From positions 4,216,001 to 4,280,000 of the forward strand of contig NC_087436.1 in NCBI RefSeq assembly GCF_036321535.1: a DNA stretch of 64,000 nt, read 5' to 3'. Below, piece after piece: positions 29,275 to 43,686 of the stretch. Numbering within the stretch: the stretch's first letter is position 1; each line of letters opens with the position of its first letter. The DNA is from Camelus dromedarius (taxonomy: Eukaryota). The notes under the pieces were generated by a model. It saw nothing but the letters and a program-made list of their open reading frames with translations, was not told the DNA's origin and made no database searches. The position numbers and the translations under genes were made by a program.

Positions 29275-31898
29275 TTAAAGCCAAAATTGTTCATTGTAAT
29301 TCTACTTGAACTTCATAGAAGAAAAAAACTAAAACAAAACTGGAGGAATTACCACATTTCAAATAAATATACCTTTGTCATGGGAAATATTTTTGCATAA
29401 AAGATCTCTATAAGGTACAAGAAGAGTTAGTGATAAATAAATAAACAAACAAACAGATAAATAAGTAAATAAATGAAATTATGAAATGCATTAAGAGGTT
29501 GTGAAATAAATTAAAGACATTATGTGTTTTCTAAACTCTGTGTTTCCAATTTAGTCATTATCTATTGAGTCTGTTTTGAAAATTTACAGATTCTCTTCTA
29601 CCACTGTTCTTCCCAACTCATATTTTGAATTGTTACATATATTTTAAAAACATTGTTCATGTTTACAATATTTCAAGTCTAGTTGGTGACTATAATTCCT
29701 ATGGTTTCTAAAAATTTGTTTCAAGTTTAGAACACATTCACAATTTAAAGGTAAAATAACAAAACGCTGTGCATTGAGAAGTTTCACTTCCACCCTTACG
29801 ACACCTTAGTTCCCCTACCATCATTAGATAACTAATTCGTTTCTTATATGATATTTCCAATGTTTCAGATACAAGCAAAAATGAAAATATACTTTATTTC
29901 CCACTGTTCTCACAATTATGTATTATATCATAAGGTTCTGCTGTGAACATTTGTATACAAGTTTTTGTGCGGAAATATGTTTTCATTTCTCATAGCTATA
30001 TACCTGAGATTGTCATGGCTGGGTTTTTATTCTTGAAGTAGTGAGAGGGCAAGGTTTACTTATTCAAGATTGCCTCCCTGCAGGAGGAAGGCTGGCCTTC
30101 CTCAAGACTTCATGGGCACGGACCATGGGCCGAGGCTCACAGCTGTCAAGGCTGGTAAGTGCTGCCCATTGACTCAGCCATGGGTCGGCTGAGCATTACA
30201 GCGGCGACCACAGCTTGTGCCAGCCCTGACCAGCAGGAGAGAGGCTGGTGCTTCCCTCATCTGGAGTGCTCATCCCGTGGAGAAGCTGGACCTGGGGCCT
30301 GCGTGTCACAGTGCTGGTTCCAGCCCCTGCCCACACTGGGCCTGGGCTTCTCTGATCATACTGTATAAAGCGTCTGCCTGCTTCTCCAATTCTCAGGGCG
30401 GTGGTTTGCCCTGTGACCTCAGTCCTCTGATGGGTCTAGGAAGAGTTGTTTCTTTTCGGTCTGTTCATCTTTTCTTGTTTTGAGGATGGGAGGGATGACT
30501 TCCAAGCTCCTCGCACCCTAGACTAGAAACTGGAAGCTTATGATTTTTGTTAGTTTCTTCTCCCCTCCGTAGCTTGTCTGTGTTTGACTTTGGCAATGAG
30601 CACCAGCAGCTCATGCCAGGGCACCATTTGGGAGGGCAGCGAGTCCCTGAAGACAGACCTTTCAAGTCTCTCTACCCACCAGTGACTTCAGTGACAGTCC
30701 AGGCCCCACTCCCAGGCTCACTGGCTCCTTCTGTCCCCTGCTTAGTCCTTTCCCTCCACCCCTACCTTAGTCTCTCTGTTCAGTAGTGGGCATCTGGGGT
30801 TTGCTCTTGGGACAGGTTAGAGTAAGCCTTCCCCAGGTGAAGAGGGGAAGTCAGACAGGGTAACAGGCATCTGGGTACAACATGCAGGAGTGAGAAGGAC
30901 AAAGACGTTCAAGTTCTCTCAAGAGAGATCAAGTTTTGAATTCCTGTTCCACTGCTTCCTACCTATGTCACCTCTGAAAAGCTACTTAAAACCTACTAGG
31001 CTTCAGTTTATCTTAAAAAAAAAAACAAAAACAAAAAAAAGACTAAACCAGGATAATAATACTAAGCACTAAGTTGGTTCCAGGCAATGGGGAAACTGAC
31101 TGGGCTGGAGCTGAAGTTTGGTCAGTGTGTTTTGCAGATAAGATATATATTGGGATCCCTTGGTTAGAGGCTAGAGCATACAGGATGGGCAGAGAATCAC
31201 CTAACTTCAGGAATAGGGTATATGAAGGCCAGGCCCCCAGTGCACAGCCAGCCCAGGTCTGCTGTGGTTGGGTGCAGAATAGGAGTTTAGGGCCAGTGGA
31301 ATAGCTACTACTGCGGCTGAACTGCCTGAGCTCCCCCGATCCAGTGGAGAGCGTGGGTGAACAAATGTCATCTCAGTAATTCACTGACATCCAGGGCCTG
31401 AACAACCCAGCCTGAGACCCCTATAACTGAGTTTACCACCAAGGGAGAGAATGTTTGTCTTCCCCCTTCCAGAGACACTGAGCTCTTAAGGACAGATGCT
31501 GGTGGTGGGCACATAGCTAGTCATAGTGGTACCTCAGTGGTAGAGCTCCAACTAGTCAGATGGCCAGAGATAGGACTGCTGGCAATGCCTAGATGGGTGT
31601 GGACACTGGGAAACCACTTTCTTGAGGCCTCCCAAGATTATCTTGGGAAGGGGGTTCCTGTGCACATTCCTGCTCAAGCCGGTGAGATCCCGGTGTCAAT
31701 GTGCATGTGCGTCCATTTGTGCCCACCTGCCAGTGAGGGTCCAGGACACCTGGGCAATGCCAGGACTGGAAGGAATCTGCACTGAATTGTTTGAATGTCA
31801 TCTGGTCCATACTGGATATGTGCTAAATGGGGACTTTGCCACATTATCATGGTTTCTAAGGGCTGGAATGAGTGCACTGAGGCCTCCTGGGATCTTCT

Positions 31899-34057
31899 TT
31901 TATTGTTTGTGTATATGTATATACATACATACATACACACACACACATATTATTGAAGGATAGTCAGTTCACAATGTTGTGTCAATTTCTGGTGCACAGC
32001 ACAATGCTTCAGTCATATATGAACATACATATATTTGTTTTCATATTCTTTTTCATCATAAGTTACTGCAATGTATCAGATATAGTTCCCTGCCAGATAC
32101 AGCATGAAATTGTTGTTTATCTATTCTATATGTATCAGTTAGTATCTGCAAATCTCTAGTTCCCAATTAATCCCTTCCCACCCCACCTCCCCCATGATAA
32201 CCACGTTTGTTCTCTATGTCTGAGAGTCTGTTTCTGTTTTGCAAATAACTTCATTTGTCTTTTTTTTTTTTTTTAAGATTCCACATATAAGTGATATCAT
32301 ATGGTATTTTTCTCTTTCTGGCTTATTTCTCTTATAATGACATTCTCCAGGTCCATCCCTCTTGCTGCAAATGGCATTATTTTATCACTTTTTATGGCTG
32401 AGTAGTATTCCATTGTATAAACATACCACCTCTTCTTTATCCAGTCATCTGTCAATGGACACTTTGGTTGTTTCCATGTCATGACTATTGTAAATAGTGC
32501 TGCTATGAACATTGAGGTGAATGTATCTTTTAGAATTAAGGTTCCCTCTGGATATATGCCCCAATGATTTCTGGATCATAAGGAAAGTCTATTTTTAGTC
32601 TTTTGAGGAATCTCCATACTGTTTTCTATAACAGCTACACCAAATGACATTCCACCAACAGCATAGGAGGGTTCCCTTTTCTCCGCAGCCTCTCCAGGAC
32701 TTATCCTATGTGTACTCCTGAATAACAGCCCTTCTGACTAGTGTGAGGTGATATCTCATTGTAGTTTTGATTTGCTTTTCTCTAATAATTAATGATGTTG
32801 AGCATTTTTTTCATGTGCCTATTGGCTATTTGTATATGTTCATTGGAGACTTGCTTGTTTAGGTCTTCTGCCCATTTTTGTATTGGGTTGTTTGTTTTTT
32901 TCTTACTAAGTTATATGAGCTGTTTATATATTCTGGAGATTAGGCCCTTGTCAGTCTCATGTTTTGCAAATATTTTCTCCCATTCTGCAGGTTGTCTTTT
33001 TGTTTTGCTTATGGTTTCCTTTGCCTTGTGAAAGCTTATAAGTTTAATCAGGTCCCATTTGTTTATTTTTGCTTTGTTTTTCTATTGCCTGGGTAGACTG
33101 CCCAAGGAGAACATTGCTGAGATTTGTGTCAGAGAATGTTTTGCCTATGTTTTCTTCTAAGAGGTTCATAGTGTCCTGTCTTATGTTTAAGTCTTTAAGC
33201 TATTTTGAGTTTATATTTGTGTATGGCATGGGGGAGTGTTCTAACTTCATTGATGTGCATACAGCTGTCCAGTTTTCCCAACACCATTTGCTGAAGAGAC
33301 TGTCTTTACGCCACTGTATGTATTTGACTCATTTGTCAAAGATTAATTGACCAAAAATTTGTGGATTTATTTCTGGGCTCTCTCTTCTGTTCCACTGATC
33401 CATATGTCTAGTTTTGTACCAATACCATGCTGTTTTGATGACTGTAGCTCTATAGTATTGTCTGAAGTCTGGGAGTTATTCCTACAGCTTCGTTCTTTTT
33501 CTTCAGTATTGCTTTGGCAATTCTGGGTCTTTTGTGATTCCATTTAAATTTTAGGATAAATTATTCTAGTTCTGTGAAAAGTGTCCTGGGTAATTTAATA
33601 TGAATGGCATTAAAACTGTAGATTGCTTTGTGTAGTATGGCCATCTTAACAATATTAATCCTTCCAATCTAAGAACATGGGATACTGTTCCATTTCTTTA
33701 AGTCATATTTAATTTCCTTAGTCAGTGTTTTGTACTTCTCCACATATGTCTTTCACTTCCTTGGTCAGATTTATTGCTAAATTTTTTTTTGAATGCAATT
33801 TTAAAAGGGATTGTTTCTTTACTTTCCTTTTCTGATATTTCATTGTTAGTGTAAAGAAACATCACTGATTTCTGTATGTTACGCTTGTATCCTGCTACTT
33901 TGCTGAATTCTTTCATCAGCTCTAGTAGTTTTTGTGTGGAGCCTTGAGGGTTTTCTCTATATAGTATCATGTCATCTGCATATAATGACAATTTTACCCA
34001 TCTCTTCCAATTTGGATCCCTTTCATCCTTTCATTGCTTTCTTTCTCTCTCTCTCTT

Positions 34058-34100
<43 letters not shown>

Positions 34101-34899
34101 TTTGTCTAATTGCTGTGGCCAGGACTTGCAATACTATATTGAATAGAAGTGGTGAGAGTGGGCATCCTTGTCTTCTTCCAGATGTTAGCAGGAAGGCGTT
34201 CAGCTTTTCACCATGGAGTGTTATGCTGGCAGTAGGTTTGTCATGAATAGCTTTCATTATGTTGAGATATGTTCCCTCTATACCCACTTTGGTTAGTTTT
34301 TTAATCATAAGTGGGTGTTCAATTTTATCAAATGGCTTTTCTGCACCTATTGAGATGCTCATGTGATTTTTGTCCTTTCTCTGTGGTGTTCACATTGATT
34401 CATTCGTGTATTTTGAACTATCCTTGTGTCCCGGGGATGCACCCAACTTGATCATGGTGTATGACCTTCTTTGTGTGTTGTTGGATTCTGTTTGCTAATT
34501 TTTCATTGAGGATTTCTGCATCTATGTACATCAACGATATTGGCCTATAGCTTTCTTTTTAGGTAGTGTCTTGGTCTGGCTTTGGTATCAGGGTGATGGT
34601 GGCTTCACAGAATGAGCTTGGAAGCATTCCCTCCTTTTCAACCTTTTGGAAGAGTTTGGGAAGGATTGGTATGAGCTCTTCTTGGTATGTTTGTTAAAAT
34701 TCCCCAGTGAAGCCATCTGGTCCTGGACTTTTGTTTGCAGGGAGGTGTTTTATTGTTGATTCTATTTCACTTCTAGTGATCAGTCTGTTCAAATGATCTA
34801 TATGTCCTTGGTTCAGTTTTGGTGGACAGTTTGTTTCTAGAAACTTGTCCATTTCTTCTAAGTTGTCCAGTTTTTTTTAATTGCCATACAGGTGTTCAT
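31899..34899 (-). mobile_element. 5'-truncated L1 (about 3 kb: ORF2 3' half plus 3' UTR)
   Basis: ORF2 peptides [51 protein letters not shown]. Candidate TSD CTGGGATC(C)TTCT at 31887-31898 and 34900-34912. Internal (TTTA)n near 34056-34103. Confidence 0.95.
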
Positions 34900-35520
34900 C
34901 TGGGATCCTTCTGGCTGCACAAGGACTGTGTGTCAGGCAGATGGGCAGGGAGAATGAGAACATTGCTTCAAGGCTTATTGCCAGGTTGCTAAGTTCTGAG
35001 TCAGCTAAGTAGAAAAGGAGAAATGAGGCTCCAACTCCTGGAGGTGTGTGAACAACTTGGGGGAGGATGACTTGGGTCCTTGGACAGAAGGGAGAAGGGT
35101 CAGGTGGGGCTGGGAGCTAGGAAGGTGGGCAGTGAGTTGGGCCCCTTCAGACAGGGGAGAGCAGGGCCATGAGGGCAGGTGAGGAAGGTGCTAGGAGTCA
35201 ACTCTAGGAGCAGAGGTCTGAGGACTGCCAGCCTGAACCCCAGCTCACAGCCTGGCCTTGGGCCTCCGCTGTCTGTTCCCACGCCATCTCCCAGACCCCT
35301 TCCATTCAAGAGCCCTCTACGCTGCAGGGTGGAGCCCTCTTCCTCACGGGCCGGGTCACGCACTCCAGTCCAGCTCAGTGGTCCTGCACCCTGGGAATCT
35401 CCCTCTACCTCCACAGGGAGTTGTTCTTACCTTTGCTAAACACCAGGGGTAATGTTTCTTTACTGTGAGAAAGCTGTTACTCCCCTGCACTGTAGTCACC
35501 TGGCAAAATGTCCAACTTCC

Positions 35521-35910
35521 TGTTATGGGCTGAACTGTGTCCCCCTAAATTCATATTCTGAAGTCCTAACCCCCAGTACTTCAGAATGTGACTTTATTTG
35601 GAGTAGAGCTTTTAAAGAGATAACTGAGTTAAAATGAGGTCGCTTGGGTGGGCCCTAATCCATTATGACTGGTGTCCTTATAAAAGGGGGTAATTTGGAC
35701 ACAGATATGCACAGAGGGAAAATGATGTGAGGACACGGGGGAAGATGACTGTCTATAAGCCAAGGAGTGAGGCCTCAGGGGGAATCATCCCTGCCTGCAC
35801 CTTAATCTCAGACTTCTGGGCCCCATCCGGAACTATGAGATGATAAATTCCTGTTGTTTAAGCCACATTGCCCGTGGTATTTGTTATAGTGGCTGGAGCT
35901 GACTGATACA
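35521..35910 (+). mobile_element. MaLR solo LTR (MLT1-type)
   Basis: tgttatgggctgaactgtgtcccc..gaagtcctaacccccagtac..ggtgggccctaatcc..ataaattcctgttgtttaagccac..gataca. Confidence 0.85.
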
Positions 35911-36321
35911 CTTCCTCTGAAGGCCTGTGCATTCCCATGGTAGGAGTGGAGTCTGCAAATGAACACATCATTCTCCTTCCCCAGCTGAACTCCTTCAGCA
36001 TCCTCACCCCTGTCTTCCTCCTGGGACAGTCTCTCTGCCAAGTCCTGCTTCTTTGTCCAGGGAGCCAGGCAACAGACCTCAAGGGAAGGGGTGAGTGCTG
36101 AGGATCGGGGGGCAGCAGGGCCAAAAGACAGGAGCAGGATAAGTCTTTCATTTGTTTTTATTTGATTTTTCAGGCTTGGTTTGGGGAGTGGCAGCTGTTG
36201 GACTGGAAAGCCAAGAAGGATCCACTGAAAGCTGATGGGGCTGGGGGAGGGGAGGGGTGGAAAATTCCAGCAAGGAGACTGGGGTCTGAGACAGAAGGAA
36301 GGAGCAGAGGGGCTTAGCGTG

Positions 36322-36639
36322 TCACCACAGGGCCTGCCGCGGGGCCTGGAGCAGGAACAGCAGCAGGGGCCAGGGTTGTGGGGGCACAAAGCCTGTGCCA
36401 GGCCCCAGTGAGCCAGCAGCTTGCAGAGGCTGGTGTGGAAACTGGGTCTGAGGAGGAGCAGACATGGTATCAGGGAGCGGTGTGAGCCTCTGGATCTCGT
36501 CGATCCAGTCAATGAAGTAGGAGACATTGGTGAAGACGCTGGGGTAGATGGGATGTCGGCAGTCCAAGCCCCAGCTGGCCAGCCCCACCAGAACCCAGAC
36601 GTCGGTAAGGTCACAGACAAGGGGTCCCCCGGAATCACC
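36322..36639 (-). CDS. PRSS47-like serine protease, exon 5 (catalytic Ser, hydrophobic C-terminal tail, stop)
   Basis: Acceptor ctctctttcctAG; GDSGGPLVCDLTDVWVLVGLASWGLDCRHPIYPSVFTNVSYFIDWI...PWPLLLFLLQAPRQALW*; phase 0. AATAAA (minus) at 36157-36162. Confidence 0.93.
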   Translation of the reverse strand, partial: GDSGGPLVCDLTDVWVLVGLASWGLDCRHPIYPSVFTNVSYFIDWIDEIQRLTPLPDTMSAPPQTQFPHQPLQAAGSLGPGTGFVPPQPWPLLLFLLQAPRQALW

Positions 36640-37785
36640 CTAGGAAAGAGAGGGGAGTCAGTGTGGGCGGCTGGGCCAGCGCTGAGAAGACCAGGTAGCA
36701 AGGCCGGGCTCATGAGTGTGTGGCATCCAGGCTCACTGAGGTGGACCTCTTTGAAAGTCCAAACACCAGTGTCCCCCTGCAGCCACAGTCATGCAGGCAG
36801 GCACTGGCATCACACTTCAGGAAGCTCCTGACTGACCCCCAGGATGGCTGTGGATTGAAATCTACAACACGTGGACACTTGCACCCAGGGAGGCCACTGT
36901 GGTCCAGGACAAGGCCGAGAAGGGACAGCTGCCCCAACAGGGCCCAGGAGGACTGGCCTGTGAGTGGAGCCTGGTCAGGTCAAGCCACTTCAGACCCCAG
37001 TTCTTGCAAAACCCTGTCCTGCAGCAACACATCCCCACCTGGATCCTCCCCCTTTCCATTCATTTAGGCCTTTGGCTTTCTCTCAACCTCTTGAGAGAAA
37101 AGAGAGATGCTCTTTCTGAGCAGCCTCAGAAAATGCTCGCCCCCAGGCCTGGCGGGGGCAGCCTGCATTGCTCAGGAAGTGGGAGGGGGTCCCCAGAAAT
37201 CTGCTGGGAATCACTGGAGTCCCAAAATACTGTCAGGGCAGGACCATCTGGTTGAAAATCCTCTCATGTCATCACCCAAAGGGAGGGTCTCACCCTTGGG
37301 CATGGGGGGAGTGGAGCGGGGCCACAGCCATGCCTGCCGCTCTTCCGCTCACCTGTCCACACGCACGTCAAGCATCCAGTGCAGCCTCTGCCCCCGGGCA
37401 TGGGGGTGAAAGGACAAGGCCCCTTCCCCATGGCACTTCTGTCACTAAGCCAGCTAGCCTGCTGTGGTCAGATGTGACGTGTAGAAATAAGCCATGGAAG
37501 GGACAGGACAGGCAGGGTGGGGGCACAAAGACTTCCTGAGCTGAGACTCTAAACAGGAAACAACCTAACTGTCTGATGCAGGAGCAGAGGGACCGGTAAG
37601 TGCAGGCAAGGAGAAGAGGGATGGGCCAGATGGCAGATGCGGGGAGCGGGCTGTGGCGCTGGGAAGGTGGATGGCTCTCGTCTGACTGCTCGCTTTGATG
37701 TTCTCAGTGAAATAAGAAGCAAGACCTCTAGCTGAGAGGGAGGGTGGGGGAAGCAGTGGCTTGAAGGAGAGAGAGGGGTACATCG

Positions 37786-38240
37786 CGTGGCCAGCCGAAA
37801 ATAACCCTCAGAGATGCCCATCTCTAGAGCCTGTGGTTATGTCACCTTATGTGGCAAAGGGACTCTGCAGATGTGGTGGGGTTGGGCATCTTGAAGTAGG
37901 AAGCTCATCTTGGATTACCTGGGTGGGCCCAAGGTAGTCCCAAGGGTCCTCATGGGGAAGGAGGGAGGTGGGAGTCCAGAGTCACATGAGGAGATGTGAT
38001 GACAGAAGCAGAGTTTGGAGTGATGTGCTTTGAGGCTGGAGGAAGGGGCCATGAACCAAGGAATGTGGGCAGCCCCTAAAAAGCCAGAAGAAAGGACACA
38101 TTCTCCCCTAGAGCCTCCAGAAGGAATGTGACTGGCCAGCACCTATGCTTTAGACCTTTGACCACCAGAAACCTAAGATAACAAATTACTGTCATTTTAA
38201 CCACCCACTTTGAGGTGGTTTGTCTCAGCAGCCCCAAGAA
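37786..38240 (+). mobile_element. MaLR LTR (MLT1D/E-like), intronic
   Basis: tatgtcaccttatgtggcaaagggactctgcagatgtg..gggccatgaaccaaggaatgtgggcagcc..ttctcccctagagcctccagaaggaa. Confidence 0.8.
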
Positions 38241-39589
38241 GTCATACATGGGGCTCCTTGGAGACAGGGAATGTGTTGTCATCCTCTCAGCTCCTCCCCC
38301 TGTGGTCCCTGCCTGGAGTGCCCTCGGCCTCCCCACCGTGTACCCACTCCTAGTTGCTCAAGGTCAGAAGAAGGCCTGGTCCTTGTCCACTGCAGGCCTC
38401 GAGGATTCACGCAGATGAGCCATGTGGTTGCCAATATTATGATGGGTTCTGGGCCAGTCTAGAGTAGATGAGAAGGGCTCCAATAGCCTCCTGGCCCTTA
38501 GGGAGCTCTCAGAAGGCAGAGGGAACCCCAACACTAGTATTTCCCATGAGAAGTGAGCTGTGGTTTGCAGTGCTGTAAAGACAGAGCCAACTGTGTGTGT
38601 GTGTGTGCATGCACAGACACACCTGCACGTGTGTGTTGAGTGGGGCCAGGCAGTGGAATCCACCTTGAGAGGAAGGTCTAAGACAGGCCCAGAACAGGTA
38701 CAATTAAGATAGAGGTGGGCAGACCAGGCCAGGAGAATGAAAGCCAGCACTTGTCAAGCACCTACTGAGTGCCAGACACAGCTCTCAAATTGTTATAGGA
38801 ACCTTATTAAGTGGAGGCTGTTAGCGACCCCATTTCATGGGTGAGGAAACTGAGCTGAGGCCACAATCCCCGTAAACAACAGATTAATGCCTGGAACCAG
38901 GTCTGTCCTGCCCCACAGTCTGAGTGCTGAGTGCCCCTGTGGCCCTTCTCTCCTCAGACCTGTTTCTGGGGGCCCTGTGCAGGGGGAGGGACACTTTAGG
39001 GGAGAGAAGAGAGCCCCCTGTTGGAGGGTGGGGGCCAGAGCAGGTGACATGGCAGAAGATGAATCTAGATGGAATCTCTCAGATGGGCTTGGGTGACTGA
39101 AAGGCTGAGAGAGGCAGGAGGGGGTCATCTGCTGGGACTCCTGGGTGTCCAGCTCAGTGGTGTCCTCAAGCTGGGGGGAGGGGGACTAGAGGTCAAGGGC
39201 ACTGTGCATGTCCGGTGGGCAAGCAAAGGGCTCCAGCCCTGCACTCAATGGGCATGACCTCTGCAGGGGAGGGCAGGTGGAGAACAAGGCTGGAAGTGGG
39301 GTCCAGAGTGACAGCCAGATGGGGACTTGGGAGGATGTGGGCTGAGCCCTTTGTTTCACCTCTGGGTGCAGCTGACTCTGTGAGAAGGACGGGCCAGGCC
39401 AGACAGTCAGAAAGTCCACACCATTGATTAGGGCCTGGGAACTGGGAAACCTGGGTCCACCTCCTACCAAGGGGGCAGGTGGCCAAGCTTCCCCCCTCGG
39501 GCTCAGCAGCTCACTGGGCCGTCATGGAACCTGCCATCAGCGCGGCCCTCCCATGGGCCAGGCGCACCTCACCCCTCCTGTGCGGGTCT

Positions 39590-39875
39590 CCTGGGGCTCC
39601 ACAGCATATCACCCCAAACTGAGTGACTCTGCAAACAACAGAAATGTGTCCCCTCACAGTTCCAGGAGCCAGAAGTCTGACATCGAGCATCTCTGTGTCT
39701 GTCTCTGTTCCTATAAGGACACAAGTCATTGGATTCAGGGCCCACGGTAAATTCAGAATGGTGTCGTCTTGAGATTCTTATCTAGTCACATCTGCAAAGC
39801 CTCTATTCCCAATTAAGGTCATATTCTGAGATTCCAAGTGGATACAAATTTAGGGGACACTATCCAACCCACTAC
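39590..39875 (-). mobile_element. MaLR LTR fragment (MLT1-type), intronic
   Basis: tcacagttccaggagccagaagtctga..tataaggacacaagtcattggatt..acatctgcaaag..aaggtcatattctgag. Confidence 0.75.
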
Positions 39876-41260
39876 ACCATCCTTTCCACAACGCCATGAA
39901 GGAGGCCTCAGAGTCCCACACTGCAAATGAGGACACAGGCTCAGGGGGTGAAAAGACCGCCAGAGGTCACAGGGCAGGGACACGTGGCAGAGCAGTGTCT
40001 CTAACTCGAGCCCAACACTCTCCCCTCCACCCCACGGTGCCATCTGTGTGAAAGATGTGATATCTGCTTGGGAGGCTGGGCCCTGCGGGGGAGGCAGTGG
40101 GTTTGGAGTCAGGTTGTACTGCCTTATATTAGGGTACAGCTTTCCCTCTCCGGGCCTGTCTGCCCACTTACAACATGGGGCATGACAAAGAGCAGAAAGA
40201 GAGCTCCACACTCCATATACCCAACAGCAGCCTCATATCTGGAATATAGAAAAATATACAAATATACCAAGAGCCCCTCAAGGAAAAGACAGACAACCCA
40301 AGAGGAAGATGAGAGGGGAAAGAACTGGGAGGGAAGCTTTACAGAAGAAGAGATCCAATGACAATAAACATACGAAAATACATTTAATTTATCATCAGGA
40401 AAATGAAGATTAAAACCACAATGAGACATCAAAATGAGAAAAGATGGAAAGTGCCAAGTGTGGGCGAGGACAGAGTCTCACCCACGGCTGGAACGGGGGC
40501 GTGTGGTGAGCAGTTTGGGGGCATCTGGTAGCATCTGCGAGAGCTGAACACACACATACCTTTTAATCCAACAGTTCTCCTCATGGGCTTGTATGAAATA
40601 GACTATGAAACATTTGGAAGCGAAATGAAACAGAAAGCTTGGGAACTGCTAGAATACCCATCAAAAGCAGAACGGACCACAGAACTCAGTGCCTCCAGCA
40701 GAGTCCTGGGAGGCGATGAGGATGAACAAACTCACTACAGGTGGCAGCAGGGATGCAGCTCACACACAGAAAGCGAGGCCACAGACTGACAACTGGAAAT
40801 AAATTCTACTTACAGAAAACCCATGATCTAAACTGAGGGGTTGCAAGTGAAGGTGGCGGTTTCCCCTGAGTGCTGGTGATGGGAAAGGGACACGAGTGGG
40901 GCCCCGGGGTGTTGGTCAAATGTTGTGTCACTATGTGAAGATTCGTCCACCCCACACCTATGAAAACACTATGAATATACTTTTTTGTAAGTATGTTACA
41001 CCTCAATCAAAACTGTAAAATATGCCTCAAAAACAGACGCTGTCTGAGGTCCTGCCAGTAAGGCTCTCAGGGACAATGGGCTTAGGAAGGGGCAGCTGGG
41101 GGGACGCTTCCAAGGGCTGGAGCCCGGGAAGACACAGAGAGGGAGGAAGCAGGACATCCCGGGGGTCTCCACAAGGAGAGCAGAGGCAACACCCCCACCC
41201 CCCCCAGGAAGCTGAGGCCCTGAAAACACGCAAGGGAGGAACAGAAATGGCCTCACTCAC

Positions 41261-41427
41261 ACGGCAGATGGCCTTTCCTGTCGAGAAGTCCCCAGCACAC
41301 AGCATCTCATCGTGCACAGAGTAGTTCCTGCCTTGGCCAACTCTTTGTTCATATAACATATTGCAGAACTTGTTCTCAATGAGGCCCACCTTTCCCTCCT
41401 GGAGACGGAAGGGCTCGAGCAGAGGCC
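41261..41427 (-). CDS. PRSS47-like serine protease, exon 4
   Basis: Acceptor cctccttgtcctcgcAG; PLLEPFRLQEGKVGLIENKFCNMLY..MLCAGDFSTGKAICR; donor GTgagt; 167 nt, phase 1 to 0. Confidence 0.93.
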
Positions 41428-41719
41428 CTGCGAGGACAAGGAGGACACGAGTGAAGTGCACTGCAGCTCAGCTCTGGGCCGCTCCACGCTCCCCGCTCCT
41501 CTGCCCTGCTCGCCGCTGCGCCCTGAGCCCGGGGTTGTCTCGGCACAGCTGCACTGCAGCGCTGTTCCAGTTCTACCTCTGCCTAAGAAGCCCCCTCCTG
41601 TTTGCTGAACTCCTCCAAACTCATCCTATTCCCTCCACCTCTCTCATGGCAACAGACCACACCTCTTTTATTCCGCAAATCCCACTGGCACATACCCTAC
41701 ACGGGTGCTCAGCAACCAT

Positions 41720-42050
41720 CCACCAGCCTACCTGCCCTTTCACAAACCATCCTATCCATTCTCCACTTGTCTATCATTAACCTTTCCTTCCACCCACCAA
41801 TCCTCCCTCCGTCTACCTAGCTCTCCTTTTGTCCTATTCACCCACTCACCCTTCCATCCATTTGCCCATCCACCCATCTTTTGACCCATCTCTCCATTCT
41901 CCCCTCCACCTACTGATGTGTCCACTCACTCCCATCTGTCTGCCCACCATCCTCTCACCTACGCACCCCCATCTTCCCTTCCCCTCACTCATCCTTCCCC
42001 TCCCCAATCGATCCTCTCATCTGCTCACTTACTTATTCATCTGTCCTTGT
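41720..42050 (+). repeat. Degenerate (CCAT/CCAC)n pyrimidine-rich low-complexity tract
   Basis: Repeated catcc/caccc units and almost no G. Confidence 0.75.
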
Positions 42051-43686
42051 GTTTAGTGTCTTTTAGACACTAGTGATACAGGGAACATACTCAGTTGGGG
42101 GAGACAGGGAAGTGAAGTGAATAGTAGAATGATTTTAGATCTAGTAAGTGGTGTAAAGGCAACAGGGAGCTGTGGTGTTAGGGGTTGTCTGTTTTAGCTC
42201 ATGTGATCCAGTAAAACTTCTCAGAGGAGGAGCTGAATTGTTCATGTAAAGAAATGAGACCTGCCAAGATGAGCAAGTCGTGCCCAGGAGAGCAGGCAGA
42301 GCAAGCGGGGCCGGGAGCCCAGCCACAGCGGCCGGCAGCCCGAGGCAGGTGGGGGTGCAGCACATTCACAGCAGGAAGGAGGCCGGTGGCTGGGCAGGCA
42401 TGAGTGAGGGACGCAGCAGGAGATAAGCACAGAGGGATGGAGGCCGTTATGCAGAGCCCAGGTAGGGCATCTGGACTTTTTTCAAAGCATAAGTGAGAAG
42501 GCACTGAGGGTAGTGAGCAGGGGACTGGCACTACCTCTGCTCTGAAGCACACATCCAGCTGTGTGGGGACTAAAGCAGAGCACACAGGGTGGAGCTGGGA
42601 GACCGGTCTGCAGGTGCAGGCAAGAAGTGACGGGCTCCAGGACCTGGGTGCAGCAGCAGAGCACCTGCCAGGGGCCAGGCCCTGGGCACAGGCTGGGATA
42701 TTAAACCAGCAAGACAGGGTCCCTGCCCTCAAGGAGAAAGCAGTCTCTGTGTGTATCTGCGGGTGTGAGTGTGGTGTGTTGTGTCCGTGTGAGTAATTCC
42801 TCTGTGTGTGTGTGAGTGTGTGTGTGGGGTGTGGGAATACTGGGGACCTGGTTGTCCTATGACAGGGAGACTAACTGACACACTAGCAGGTGCATCCTAC
42901 CCAGTGAAGATAGGGTCCATCCAAAATGCCTGCAGCACCTCTGCTGAGAAACACTGTACCAAATAATTACAAATATATATGCTTCTTCCACCTAATTTTG
43001 CACCATAAGCATTTCCCCAAACCATAAACATTCATTTCTTTAATAAAGACTTTTGCTCATAAGTCTTTGCCTACACTTCTCCTTTTTCAATCCTAAAAAA
43101 CACAAACTTTTTCCCGTATTATTCAGTTCACAGAATAAGCCTACAAAGTAGATAGTTGACCTGGGTGGGGAGAAGAGCACAGTGAGCTCAGAGAGGTCAA
43201 ACACTCTCAAGTCATAATTATTCTAACTTGATCCTGCAGGCTCAAAGGTCAGAGGTCAGAGTTCATAAATGTGTTTTCTCTCCACTTTTCCCAAGTTCCT
43301 CCCATGGCAATGGGAAATGGGGGTGTTTGTCAGTGGCCTGGAATGGACCAGGCCCCAACCATGACTTCTGAGTTGAATCAAGTCATCTGACATCCATGGT
43401 TGATTAAAATCCTGGAGTCAAGCCTTAGAAAGACTCCAAGAACCCAATTCTTGAGTCCAAAAGTCAAAGATTCCCAGACTTGCAGAGATCTGTACTCAGG
43501 GAGCACTGAAACTTTAGGATCACACACTTTCAGAACTAGAACTAGACTAGCCCGGTCCTCTGGAAACGAGGCACAGCTAGCCAAGGTCCAGCGGCCACTT
43601 TGCCTGGGGACCCCTCTGTCCTCCTCCCCTCCCTGCCCCTCCTCCCTGCCCTCATCCACCCTCCGGGTTCTCCCGTGCCCTCTTAC

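Noticed and set aside
35808..36713. 301-aa minus-strand ORF
   Set aside because: Alternative frame spanning intron, protease exon 5, 3' UTR and an MLT1 LTR.
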